This document shows, piece by piece, positions 29,091-37,924 of a stretch of 64,000 bases of DNA. Under the pieces are notes generated by a model. It worked only from the letters and a program-made list of their open reading frames with translations. It was not told the DNA's origin and ran no database searches. Each line of letters starts with the position of its first letter. Within the stretch, counting starts at the first letter, position 1. The DNA is from Candidatus Bathyarchaeia archaeon (GTDB lineage Archaea > Thermoproteota > Bathyarchaeia > Bathyarchaeales > Bathycorpusculaceae): NCBI GenBank assembly GCA_049512935.1, contig JBEKWR010000012.1:1-64000 (forward strand), written 5' to 3'. Made by a program: the position numbers and the translations under genes.

Positions 29091-29885
29091 TTAAGATAAC
29101 CCCAAAACGTCAGCCATGCTATAGACTCTCGGCTCGTTTTGTTTGCTTAACCATTCTGCCGCGTAAACGGCACCCTGAGCAAACACGTTTCGTGAGAACG
29201 CCGTGTGCTCAATTCTAAGCATCTCATATGGTCCTGCGACAACTATGTCGTGAATACCCGGCACCCCGCCTGCGCGCAACGCGGTGATTTCAAGTTCTCC
29301 AGCTTGGCGTGGGCTTATGCCTTCACGTCCAGAAACCACCTTCGTGTAGCCGCGGGCGCTCGATACGATTTCCCCAAGCTTCTTTGCTGTTCCGCTTGGA
29401 GCATCCTTCTTGCCAGTATGGTGTATCTCGCTTATGCTGAAATCGTATCCCGCCGGAAAAGCCTTCAAAGCTTCCGCCAGCTTGAACATAATATTGACGC
29501 CTAAAGAGTAGTTGGGTGAGAACACCGCTGGAACCTTGCCTGACATCGCGCTTACGACCTGGCGGTTTTGCTCCGCATTGAAGCCGGTGGTTCCAAGGAT
29601 TATTCGTTTTCCAAGATTAGCCACGACTGGAATATTGACAACCTCGGCGGCTGGCGCTGTGAAACTGACGTAGGTGTCGGCGTTGTGCACCGCCGCTGCT
29701 AGCATGTCGGAACCCAGAATCCGAGTGTCCGAATTGATGATGTTGAGTTCCCTTAAGGTTTTGCCAACATTCGGGTTGCCAGCAGCTTCCATGGCGCCCA
29801 CGATTTGATGACCTTTAGCCACTGCTTCAACCATGATGGCGTTGCCCATTCTGCCTGCAGCGCCCGCTACGCAGAACTTAAGCAT
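29091..29885 (-). CDS. dapB: 4-hydroxy-tetrahydrodipicolinate reductase
   Basis: GAAGRMG, GTTG, EIHHTGKKDAPSGTA. Confidence 0.96.
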   Translation of the reverse strand: MLKFCVAGAAGRMGNAIMVEAVAKGHQIVGAMEAAGNPNVGKTLRELNIINSDTRILGSDMLAAAVHNADTYVSFTAPAAEVVNIPVVANLGKRIILGTTGFNAEQNRQVVSAMSGKVPAVFSPNYSLGVNIMFKLAEALKAFPAGYDFSISEIHHTGKKDAPSGTAKKLGEIVSSARGYTKVVSGREGISPRQAGELEITALRAGGVPGIHDIVVAGPYEMLRIEHTAFSRNVFAQGAVYAAEWLSKQNEPRVYSMADVLGLS

Positions 29886-30915
29886 AGAAAAGCCCTTCTA
29901 AATACTTCTCATTGTACAATCGTTCTTTCAAGTCGACATCGAAGTAGTCGGCTACAGGCTGAAGAATTTGAGGGTTGCTCTCGTAAACTTTCCGAGCGGT
30001 TGCTAGAACCACTTCTAAGCCGTTGCGCGTCATTTTTCCCAGAGGCTGCCTGCATGGACCAGACGGCATGCCCAGAACATTCATCAAAGTCTTGTAAGCC
30101 AACGGGTTGCGGGCTTTGCAAGATACAGGACCGTAAGGGGTTTGTTCTTGCGTTTTTACAGTGACTAAACTAAAGAGCGGCTGGAGCGCCTGAGCAATTA
30201 TCCTGGCAGCCTCCTCGTTACCGTCCAGCAGGTAATGAACCATATCAGCCACGGTACTCGGAGCAACGTTCGAGACGACTGAAACGACGCCGCTCGCTGA
30301 AATGTCGGGTGAAATCATCATCGTGTAAGTCTTGTCATCGTCGCCTGAAAGAATATCGAAGTCTTCACCGCAGAGCTGCCGTGTCAGCTCCATATTCTTC
30401 AAGTCACAAGTAGCTTCCTTTACGCAACTCACGTTTGGGAACTGATGGTGGAGAATGGCGAGATCTTGCGGGTACAGTTGGGTTCCTGTTCTTCCCGGGA
30501 TAACGTACGGGATCACTTGAACTTCAGGAAACTGCCTTGCGATCGGCTCAACATATTCCCTTCTTATTTCCAATGAACTGGGTCCATTATAGTAGGGATC
30601 TACAAGCAGAACACATTTAACACCAGTACGCTGGGCATGTTCCGTTGCCTCGATGGCTTCCTGGGTTGAGTTGCTTCCCGTTCCAGCTATAGTTAAAACT
30701 TTTGAACTTGCATACTCGTGAGTTTTTTCGATTACCCGATTGTGTTCACTCCAGTCTAAGGTGGGGCTCTCTCCAGTTGTGCCAACTGCAAGTATACCTT
30801 TTACACCTTGTTCTGTTTGGAAATCTATCAGCTGGCGCAAGCCTTCGTAATCGACTTGGCGATTACCATTCATCGGAGTTATTAATGCAGTGTAACAACC
30901 GCTAAATCTTGTCAT
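29878..30915 (-). CDS. dapA: 4-hydroxy-tetrahydrodipicolinate synthase (long variant)
   Basis: TALITP, GTTGESPTL, YVIPGRTG, KEA, SGDD; ATG at 30915 preferred. Confidence 0.93.
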   Translation of the reverse strand: MTRFSGCYTALITPMNGNRQVDYEGLRQLIDFQTEQGVKGILAVGTTGESPTLDWSEHNRVIEKTHEYASSKVLTIAGTGSNSTQEAIEATEHAQRTGVKCVLLVDPYYNGPSSLEIRREYVEPIARQFPEVQVIPYVIPGRTGTQLYPQDLAILHHQFPNVSCVKEATCDLKNMELTRQLCGEDFDILSGDDDKTYTMMISPDISASGVVSVVSNVAPSTVADMVHYLLDGNEEAARIIAQALQPLFSLVTVKTQEQTPYGPVSCKARNPLAYKTLMNVLGMPSGPCRQPLGKMTRNGLEVVLATARKVYESNPQILQPVADYFDVDLKERLYNEKYLEGLFYA

Positions 30916-31063
30916 TTCGAATACCTCATTTCTGCTGAGATAACCAGGCACTGATAATATTTAAGCATTACGTTTTCCTCATATTTTTTACTAAAAGCGC
31001 ATTTCCCATCTCCTAAACCTCGATCACACGAGAATTTAGCTTTTCCGTCAAGAAACTAAAAGG

Positions 31064-31372
31064 TCAACTTTCCAGTGGCACCACATAATAAGCGGTAAAA
31101 ACGCCGTCGTAGCCGTCGTAAATGCGGCGCAAATAAGAAACCGCGCCCTCAAGAGTTACAGCCGAGGGAATAACAAACATGTAATTATCCGACCGCACAA
31201 CTTCCTCAAGCTGCCCTGCCTTCCTCTCAGTTATCTTCATCCGCAAAACTTTTCGACCTGACAGATAGACTGCAATCTCGCCACGCCACGGACCACCTTT
31301 TCGGACATCGATTGTTTTTTTACCTGTCCTCAACCACTCGAACGCTTCTTTCTTTGTGCGGAAAACGGGCAA
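31064..31372 (-). CDS. ASCH (PUA-like) domain protein
   Basis: F.WLRTGKKTIDVR ASCH signature. Confidence 0.8.
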   Translation of the reverse strand: MPVFRTKKEAFEWLRTGKKTIDVRKGGPWRGEIAVYLSGRKVLRMKITERKAGQLEEVVRSDNYMFVIPSAVTLEGAVSYLRRIYDGYDGVFTAYYVVPLES

Positions 31373-31481
31373 GAGAGCACCAGAATTAAAAAATTGCGAA
31401 GGACTAAAAAATAAACTTTAAGTAGAAAACCGAACAGCAGATGGAAACGGAAAAAATGGGTGGAACTGAGAAGGACTCGGT

Positions 31482-31679
31482 TTAGCCTTTGCCTTTCTCT
31501 TCTTTACCGAAGTACTTGGTCCACTTTAGTTTGCGTGCGTCACGTTTGAATTGCAAGGAACTTTTCTTGCATTTCCCAGAATCGAACCATAGAATCGACC
31601 CGTCGTTCTTAACGTACATCATGCCTGTCCCAGCGGGGAAATCGGCACCACAGAACGAACATTTACGGTTTTTCGGCAT
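31482..31679 (-). CDS. rpl24e: 50S ribosomal protein L24e
   Basis: CSFCG....GTG.MYVKNDG....F...KC, RKLKWT. Confidence 0.96.
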   Translation of the reverse strand: MPKNRKCSFCGADFPAGTGMMYVKNDGSILWFDSGKCKKSSLQFKRDARKLKWTKYFGKEEKGKG

Positions 31680-31700
31680 GGAAATTTTCTCCTATACAAC

Positions 31701-31919
31701 TTACCTGGTGATTTTCTTTGCTTCTCTTTCGGTCTCTCGCAGCATCAGAATATCTTGCGTTCGCACTGGCCCTTTAACGTTGCGTGTTATGATTCGTCCC
31801 TTATCTTTGCCTTCCATGATGCGCACTCGAACCTGCGTGATTTCGCCTGTAACGCCTGTTCGACCTATAATTTGTATAACTTCAGAGGGAATAAGTTCTT
31901 CAGCTGATTCTTTGCTCAT
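31701..31919 (-). CDS. rps28e: 30S ribosomal protein S28e
   Basis: [32 protein letters not shown]. Confidence 0.97.
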   Translation of the reverse strand: MSKESAEELIPSEVIQIIGRTGVTGEITQVRVRIMEGKDKGRIITRNVKGPVRTQDILMLRETEREAKKITR

Positions 31920-32299
31920 TACTGAGATCCTCGTTTAACCTGATCAATCCGAGTGATGATTTCTTTGATTAAACCTGTAGCTTCGCCTTCCCTGAGAATG
32001 CATGCCGCGGCGCATGGAACATCGATGCCTAGTGCGTTGCCCAGTTTGATTTTTTCCGGGACAAAAACGTACGGAATCTTTCTTTCGTCGCAGAGAAGCG
32101 GCAAATGTGCTACCACTTCCGGCGGATCAACATCTTCGGCTATTACGACAAGTTTTGCTTGGGATCGTTCAACAGCTTTTGTTGCCTCGTTTGTTCCTTT
32201 CTTAACTACTCCTGATTTGGAAGCGATCGACAGGGCTTCATAGGCTGCATCTACGATTTCTTTCGGTACTTCGTATTTTACATAAAATGGTTTTGACAT
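31919..32299 (-). CDS. rpl7ae: 50S ribosomal protein L7Ae
   Basis: [29 protein letters not shown]. Confidence 0.97.
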   Translation of the reverse strand: MSKPFYVKYEVPKEIVDAAYEALSIASKSGVVKKGTNEATKAVERSQAKLVVIAEDVDPPEVVAHLPLLCDERKIPYVFVPEKIKLGNALGIDVPCAAACILREGEATGLIKEIITRIDQVKRGSQ

Positions 32300-32460
32300 A
32301 TTAGCCTCACCCTTTTAAGGCACAGTCTTATCCACACTTCTTCTTTAAGAAGTTTTCGACTCTAAAACCCCAGTCGCTGCGTTACCCTTATAAACACTTT
32401 AGAAAACCTTAAATAGCCATCTAAGGTCACGTACAATGTTTTCGAGAGGGGAATGGGCGT

Positions 32461-32712
32461 TTGCAAAAGTTGGGCAGAGTGCGGGCGTTAACTCCATCCA
32501 AAAACATTATCGTAAAGACAGAAAAAGCTCCCAAAATTGGCTCAGAAGTTGTTGATGAAAACCTCAAAGTTGTTGGCAAAGTTTTCGACATCATAGGTCC
32601 AGTGTCTGCGCCTTATGCAGTGGTTAAACCGACAGTTAGTGAACCGGTTAAACTAGTGAATAAGCCAGTGTACTTGCTTCTCTCGAAAGCGAGACGGAGC
32701 CAAAACGAATGA
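32461..32712 (+). CDS. gar1: H/ACA RNP component Gar1
   Basis: PKIG..VVD......[12 protein letters not shown]; conserved position upstream of tfb. Confidence 0.9.
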   Translation: MQKLGRVRALTPSKNIIVKTEKAPKIGSEVVDENLKVVGKVFDIIGPVSAPYAVVKPTVSEPVKLVNKPVYLLLSKARRSQNE

Positions 32713-33674
32713 TAAGAGATAGCAAGATACAAGAAGAATCAGATCTATCCGCGAAAATAGAACCGCCTAAGATGCAACCGTGCCCTGAATGCGGCAGCAC
32801 CCGACTCATGCGCGACTATGAACAAGCAGAAATAGTGTGTATGGACTGCGGTTTCGTTGTGCAGCAGAAAATAGCTGACCGAGGGCCAGAGTGGAGGGCG
32901 TTCGACGATGAGCAGAGGTCGAAAAGAACCAGGGTTGGAGCCCCCCTAACTTACACAATCCATGATAAGGGTTTATCAACAACCATCGACTGGCATGACC
33001 GGGATATCTACGGTAAAAGCCTCTCGCCTGGGCAGAAAGCGCAGGTTTACCGTTTAAGGAAATGGCAGAGGCGCATTAGAGTTTCAGACGCGACGGAAAG
33101 GAACTTGGCGTTTGCCCTCTCTGAAATCACAAAGATTTCTAACAACCTGAATCTGCCGAAAAACATTCTTGAAACAGCTTCTGTGATTTATAGAAAAGCG
33201 GTGAAGGAACGATTAATCCGAGGCAGGTCAATTCAGGGCGTTACTTCAGCGGCACTTTACCTGGCGTGCAGGCAATGCGGTTTGCCGCGCACCTTAGACG
33301 AAATTGCTCAAGCGTCAACCGTGAACAAGAAGGAAGTTGGAAGAAGCTACCGTTTTCTGATAAGAGAACTGAACTATTCAATCCCGCCGCTGAGGCCGAG
33401 CCAGTACATAACGAAGTTTTCTAACCAATTGACCATGCAGGGAAAAGTTGAAGAAATCGCGCACAAAATCTTGGCGGCAGCGAAAGAACTTAAGCTTACA
33501 TCAGGCAGAGGACCCACGGGAATTGCGGCGGCGGCAAGTTACGTGGCGTCTGTCTTGACCGGAGAACGCAAGACGCAGAGGGAAATCGCCGAGATCGCGC
33601 AGGTCACCGAGGTCACAATTCGTAACAGGTACAAGGAACTCGTTGAACGGTTGATGTTCCAGATAAGCATCTAA
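32709..33674 (+). CDS. tfb: Transcription initiation factor IIB
   Basis: CPECG..CMDCG ribbon, GPEWRAF, two cyclin repeats, [13 protein letters not shown]. Confidence 0.98.
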   Translation: MIRDSKIQEESDLSAKIEPPKMQPCPECGSTRLMRDYEQAEIVCMDCGFVVQQKIADRGPEWRAFDDEQRSKRTRVGAPLTYTIHDKGLSTTIDWHDRDIYGKSLSPGQKAQVYRLRKWQRRIRVSDATERNLAFALSEITKISNNLNLPKNILETASVIYRKAVKERLIRGRSIQGVTSAALYLACRQCGLPRTLDEIAQASTVNKKEVGRSYRFLIRELNYSIPPLRPSQYITKFSNQLTMQGKVEEIAHKILAAAKELKLTSGRGPTGIAAAASYVASVLTGERKTQREIAEIAQVTEVTIRNRYKELVERLMFQISI

Positions 33675-33713
33675 CCGCTCTTCCCTTTCAAGCTCAGGCG
33701 GCGATGAGAACTT

Positions 33714-33992
33714 ACGGCGACAAAAACTAGCCAAGAAACGGCTCAAGCGCCGAAAATTGATGAACTGGTCTGTAAGCTCAGGGAAATACAGTCAGGGCTT
33801 AAACATAATTTAGATGATCTCCAGCAGAAGTTGGGAACCCTTGATTCTGAGCCTGAATTATTAACCAGTCTACAGAAAGCTAAGCGGGACGCTGAGGCGA
33901 AAGCAAGCAGTCTCGAAGCGGAAGTGAAGCAGCTCCGTGAAGAACTTAAAGCCGTCAAAGATCTTTTAGGGTATAACACAGAGAAAAAGTAA
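33714..33992 (+). CDS. Small coiled-coil protein without a canonical start at its 5' end (ACG at 33714 or CTG at 33765)
   Basis: Open frame 33708-33992: ..PKIDELVCKLREIQSGLKHNLDDLQQKLGTLDSEPELLTSLQKAKRDAEAKASSLEAEVKQLREELKAVKDLLGYNTEKK; heptad pattern; the track lists only the antisense shadow. Confidence 0.6.
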   Translation, partial: TATKTSQETAQAPKIDELVCKLREIQSGLKHNLDDLQQKLGTLDSEPELLTSLQKAKRDAEAKASSLEAEVKQLREELKAVKDLLGYNTEKK

Positions 33993-34055
33993 TTCACGTC
34001 GATTCCACCGTTGACATAGGTATTTTTTTAAGCAGCTAATAGCTTAGCTATGCAT

Positions 34056-34670
34056 ATGCCCTATAAGTTTACCTTCGACCTGTCAAAGGTCCCGCTTTTC
34101 TTCTTCACCGAAATTGCGACGGTAAGTTACCAGAAGGGCATGCACAAAACAGTAATTAAGAAATTGCAAGAAATCATTTTAAGGTTCAGAATACAAGAAG
34201 CCACTGGACTCAACCTTTCTGATTCCTTAGTTTTGCTTCAGGATCTGATTGATTTACAAGCAGTAAACATGATAGAGCGAGGCAAATTCTTGCAGACCAA
34301 GAAAAGAGCGCTCTTTCTTTCTCACTGCACAAGAAAGTACCTTGATGGTCGTTGCAAAGCAGTTTTTGACTCAAATATCCCGTCCTATTCATGCGCTCAC
34401 TGTTCAGAAGACTGCCTAGTCAACCAGTCTGACCACTTAGCCCGAGCGAAAGGTTATGACGTTTACGTGGTGCCTGGTGGTTCCTGCGTTCCCAAGATTC
34501 TGAAAAGTACGCGCTACGAGGGTGTGGTGGGCATTGCGTGTGGAGAAGAAATAAAAGTGTTGGGTCCACTTTTGGAAGGTATGGATGTTGCTGGGCAAGC
34601 TATACCGTTGCTAAAGAATGGCTGTGCAAACACTATTTTTAACATGGAAACCCTCGCGAAAGTTCTTTAG
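34056..34670 (+). CDS. DUF116 domain protein (copy 1)
   Basis: FLSHC.R....C.A........C..CS..C, V.GGS, GIAC..E, PLLKNGC.NT. Confidence 0.85.
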   Translation: MPYKFTFDLSKVPLFFFTEIATVSYQKGMHKTVIKKLQEIILRFRIQEATGLNLSDSLVLLQDLIDLQAVNMIERGKFLQTKKRALFLSHCTRKYLDGRCKAVFDSNIPSYSCAHCSEDCLVNQSDHLARAKGYDVYVVPGGSCVPKILKSTRYEGVVGIACGEEIKVLGPLLEGMDVAGQAIPLLKNGCANTIFNMETLAKVL

Positions 34671-34851
34671 TTTAAGAACTTGCTTACTGCAGGTTCGAGG
34701 TTGCTCTTTTCCGCCTAGGAGTTGTATACTTGACGAAGGTAAACATGTTTGGAAACTTTAAAGATGGCGTGTTGCGCGCCAATCCAAAACTCTGTTTCCA
34801 CATGCCGTGAGAGATATTTTTTTAAGCTTGGCACTTTATTCATCTTGAGTT

Positions 34852-35469
34852 ATGCCCTATAAGTTTACTTTCGACATTTCAAAGGCGCCGCAACACTTTT
34901 TCATAGAACTCGCCGTTGTAAGCAACCAAATGGGCATGCAGAAGGTTTTTGAGAAGACCTTACAGGAACTAATCAGAAAATTCAAAATTCAGGAAGTTAC
35001 AGGACTCAACATCCAAGACGCCGCAGTGTTAATTCAGGACCTCCTTAAGATGCAAACTTTGAATCTGATACAAAAACAGGAATTCTTGCAATCCAAAAAA
35101 AGGGCTTTGTTCCTTCCCCACTGCTGCAGGAAATACATGGATAGTCGATGTCAAGCCGTTTTTGAGCCAGCTTTGAGCTCTTATGTTTGTGCTCATTGCT
35201 CACCCGACTGCTACGTCAACAAGGCCGAACGCATTGCCAAAGAAAAAGGGTACGATGTCTACGTTTTATCTGGCGGTTCTTGTGTGCCTAACATTTTGAA
35301 GCAGAAGAACTACGAGGGCATCGTGGGCGTTGCATGCGGTCCAGAAGTAGTTATGTCCGGGGAAAAATTGAGCAGCATGGGCATAGCTTGGCAATCTGTC
35401 CCGTTGCTTAAAAACGGCTGCGCAAACACCATTTTTAACATGGAAACACTAGTAAAAGTCCTCTCCTGA
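34852..35469 (+). CDS. DUF116 domain protein (copy 2, tandem paralog)
   Basis: Same motifs; first 17 nt identical to copy 1. Confidence 0.85.
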   Translation: MPYKFTFDISKAPQHFFIELAVVSNQMGMQKVFEKTLQELIRKFKIQEVTGLNIQDAAVLIQDLLKMQTLNLIQKQEFLQSKKRALFLPHCCRKYMDSRCQAVFEPALSSYVCAHCSPDCYVNKAERIAKEKGYDVYVLSGGSCVPNILKQKNYEGIVGVACGPEVVMSGEKLSSMGIAWQSVPLLKNGCANTIFNMETLVKVLS

Positions 35470-35595
35470 GAAGCCTGCTCTGACATAATAAAAACTAAGG
35501 TTTACTCAGCAAGGCAACTCGGCGCTTTTTCCTTAATCAGCGACAACTCACTTTTCTAATCCGCAAGAATGAAAATAAAAGAAAGATAAAAACAG

Positions 35596-35757
35596 TTACT
35601 TCACTATTTCTCGTTTCTTCCAGCGCAGGTTCTTGCCCTTGCATTTCCTGCATTTCACCGCGGTTTCAGCGTTTCGTGCCCCGCAATCTCTGCAGATTTT
35701 CATGTAAAGTCTGTGCTTTTGCGCAATGGCTTTTTTGACTGGGTCTAATATCGGCAT
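35596..35757 (-). CDS. rpl40e: 50S ribosomal protein L40e (absent from the ORF track)
   Basis: Translated by hand: MPILDPVKKAIAQKHRLYMKICRDCGARNAETAVKCRKCKGKNLRWKKREIVK. Confidence 0.95.
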   Translation of the reverse strand: MPILDPVKKAIAQKHRLYMKICRDCGARNAETAVKCRKCKGKNLRWKKREIVK

Positions 35758-35851
35758 TTAATGTTAACCTTCTGTTTTGGCTAACTCTTTGATGGTTAAG
35801 TGTCAAATATACCTTTTTGTCTCTGCCTTTACATTTTGTAAAAGAAGGCGG

Positions 35852-36319
35852 TTATTTGATTTCTTCAATCGTGACGTACGAGCGTGTGTCTTCGATTCCG
35901 TCGATGCCGTAAAGCTTCTTTAAGACTTCATCCAGGTTGTCTCGCTCGACGATGATTAGGGCGTCTACTTCCCCGGCTATGCGAAAGGCTCTGGAAACCG
36001 CGAGTTCTCGGATTTGCTCGTAAACGTGAATTCGCTTGATTGGCGAAACTTTCAGGAGGATAAAGGCGGGAGTTGTGGATATGCCAAGGGCGTTTAAGCC
36101 TTTATCTGTGACGTCTATGAAGCCTCTGCCGGTGCGGATGTAACCGCGGCTTTTGAGTTTACGCAAGTGCACGTTTAATGCTTGCCTGCTTACGCCCAAT
36201 TGGCTGGATAACTCGTCCTGCTTCACTCTGAGGGTGTAGGTGTTTGTGGATTTCCCCTTTTCGTAGAGTGTTTTTAAAAGTTGTATTGAACGTTTAGTTA
36301 ATGGTTCCAAACTGGTCAC
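35852..36319 (-). CDS. Lrp/AsnC-family transcriptional regulator (wHTH plus RAM)
   Basis: QDELSSQLGVSRQALNVHLRKL..GYI; FRIAGEVD, IDGIEDT. Confidence 0.88.
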   Translation of the reverse strand: MTSLEPLTKRSIQLLKTLYEKGKSTNTYTLRVKQDELSSQLGVSRQALNVHLRKLKSRGYIRTGRGFIDVTDKGLNALGISTTPAFILLKVSPIKRIHVYEQIRELAVSRAFRIAGEVDALIIVERDNLDEVLKKLYGIDGIEDTRSYVTIEEIK

Positions 36320-36673
36320 TTACGTGATGTTTTGTTAATTTAAACCTTTACAATAGTGAGGTTGCTTAAGAATTTGATGCCTTAAAAATAAACAAAAAAA
36401 GATGATACCGCAAAGAATCAAACTGTGCTGCCTTCAAGACTTGAATGGTTATTTTGCGAAAAGATTGTAACGTTCATGACCAGAGTGGTCGGCTGCCTTC
36501 TTCAGTGATGCGGGGGCCTTGGCGTTTTTTGATAATGTGGCGAGTGTTAAAAGGTGGTAAAGCGGATTTTGAGACTGCAAGTGGGAACTTGAAGCTTGTA
36601 CCACAATGTATTTATTTTGAGTGAAATCTTTAGTCAAGCCACTTAAAAAGTAAACTAGGAGTGAAGCGATGGC

Positions 36674-36952
36674 GTGTCTGAGGTCAACGCGGTCTTGATC
36701 GGAAAGAAGCCAGTAATGAACTACGTTCTCGCGTGCATCACTTTCTTTCACGGCGGAGCAAGGGAGGTAAGCATTAAAGCGCGGGGGAGATCCATCAGTC
36801 GAGCGATTGACGTGGCTGAGGTTGTCAGGCACAGGTTTCTTCCGGACGTGAAGATCAAGTGCATCGGGATCGGGACTGACCAGTTGCTTGCGCAGGATGA
36901 AGGCGACTCGGCGACGAACGTGAGTACGATTGAGATTACGTTGATCAGGTAA
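36674..36952 (+). CDS. albA: DNA/RNA-binding protein Alba
   Basis: [35 protein letters not shown]. Confidence 0.96.
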   Translation: MSEVNAVLIGKKPVMNYVLACITFFHGGAREVSIKARGRSISRAIDVAEVVRHRFLPDVKIKCIGIGTDQLLAQDEGDSATNVSTIEITLIR

Positions 36953-36996
36953 CGCGTAGTAGCGGAACTCCAAAATTTGCAGGATAACGACGTGCG

Positions 36997-37506
36997 ATGA
37001 AAACGGAACTTTGCAGTTTCTGCTTGAAGAGCGGAATGTTGTGTCAGAAGTGTTCAGCTAAAGTTAAGGCTGGCGAGATAAGTGAGGTAGATTTGAAGAT
37101 CGCCCGGTTACTGTTGTCTATGGAAGACAAGTATCCGAGCCTGCAGAACGTGACCTTCTACAAGGCGGTTGACGTTGAGAAAACGTTGGCCATCATCGTT
37201 GGCCACGGGGATGTCCCTAAACTTTTAGGCTACAGTGGGAAAATCATAAAGGCCATCGGCGACGAGACAGGCAGGAACGTTAAGGTTTTGGAGTACGGCG
37301 TTGACGACCGCAAGTTCCTCGAAGACCTGTTCATACCCTTCAGCATACTGACGATCAACACCATTTGGCTTCCAGACGGCACCACGGAGACCCGAGTGAT
37401 CCTTAAGCGTAAACGCGGGACGCAGTTGCCCTACGACCTGAAGGCGCTGAAGGAAATCGCCAGCAAAGTGCGCAAAATGTCCCTACGCGTGGAAATCGCA
37501 GACTAG
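36997..37506 (+). CDS. NusA-like KH-domain protein with N-terminal Zn motif
   Basis: CSFC.KSGMLCQKC, G..G..IK KH motif, INTIWLPDG; adjacent to alba. Confidence 0.8.
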   Translation: MKTELCSFCLKSGMLCQKCSAKVKAGEISEVDLKIARLLLSMEDKYPSLQNVTFYKAVDVEKTLAIIVGHGDVPKLLGYSGKIIKAIGDETGRNVKVLEYGVDDRKFLEDLFIPFSILTINTIWLPDGTTETRVILKRKRGTQLPYDLKALKEIASKVRKMSLRVEIAD

Positions 37507-37592
37507 CGCCGAGACGGCTGGGATTGAAGGCTGGATGCTTTTTCAGCCTGCGTGACTTCGCTTTTTATTTTTTGAAGCTGATTGTAAAATGC

Positions 37593-37775
37593 AGAGGGGT
37601 AGCTGCTTTTGGAACCATATTTGTGGTGGATTTTTGTCACAAATACTAGACCCTCTCCCCTGTCTTTGTGAACCCATATTTACTTTGGTTTTTTGATGTA
37701 AATAGTAGACCCCCTCCCGTCTCCCTATCGAATAGGTCAGGGCTTGTTTTGGGTTGTTTTTTTTTTATTTAGGCT
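37593..37775. repeat. Structured non-coding repeat element (two ~59-bp hairpin units plus a T-rich tail)
   Basis: Units start at 37615 and 37674: CCATATTT-nnnn-TGG-n-TTTTTG-nnnn-AAATA-n-TAGACCCyCTCCC; the tail is shared with positions 1-60. Confidence 0.6.
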
Positions 37776-37834
37776 TTGGTTCAGCGTTAGTTTGGAATGA
37801 AAAAGCTCATGGCTGAGGAGTTGCCTTGCCTTTT

Positions 37835-37892
37835 CAAAATGTTACTTTTGGGTATAATACCGTTTGGTATAATACCCTGCGGTAACATTTTG
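37835..37892. repeat. 58-bp inverted repeat containing two GGTATAATACC palindromes
   Basis: CAAAATGTTAC (37835-37845) / GTAACATTTTG (37882-37892); GGTATAATACC at 37851 and 37866. Confidence 0.75.
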
Positions 37893-37924
37893 GTGCTTCC
37901 CCGATTCCCGCCAGAGTCGGCTTT

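Noticed and set aside
30916-31063. Lysine riboswitch upstream of the dap operon
   Set aside because: Leader is short and AT-rich, without L-box conserved elements
33743-33997. Minus-strand 84-aa ORF in the track
   Set aside because: Antisense shadow of the plus-strand coiled-coil ORF
36449-36973. 174-aa minus-strand ORF, and possible sRNA hairpins upstream of alba
   Set aside because: The ORF is antisense to alba; the short hairpins lack C/D or H/ACA boxes
37593-37892. Replication origin (ORB boxes)
   Set aside because: G/C strings are present but there is no TTCCA..GAAAC ORB core and no cdc6/orc1 nearby
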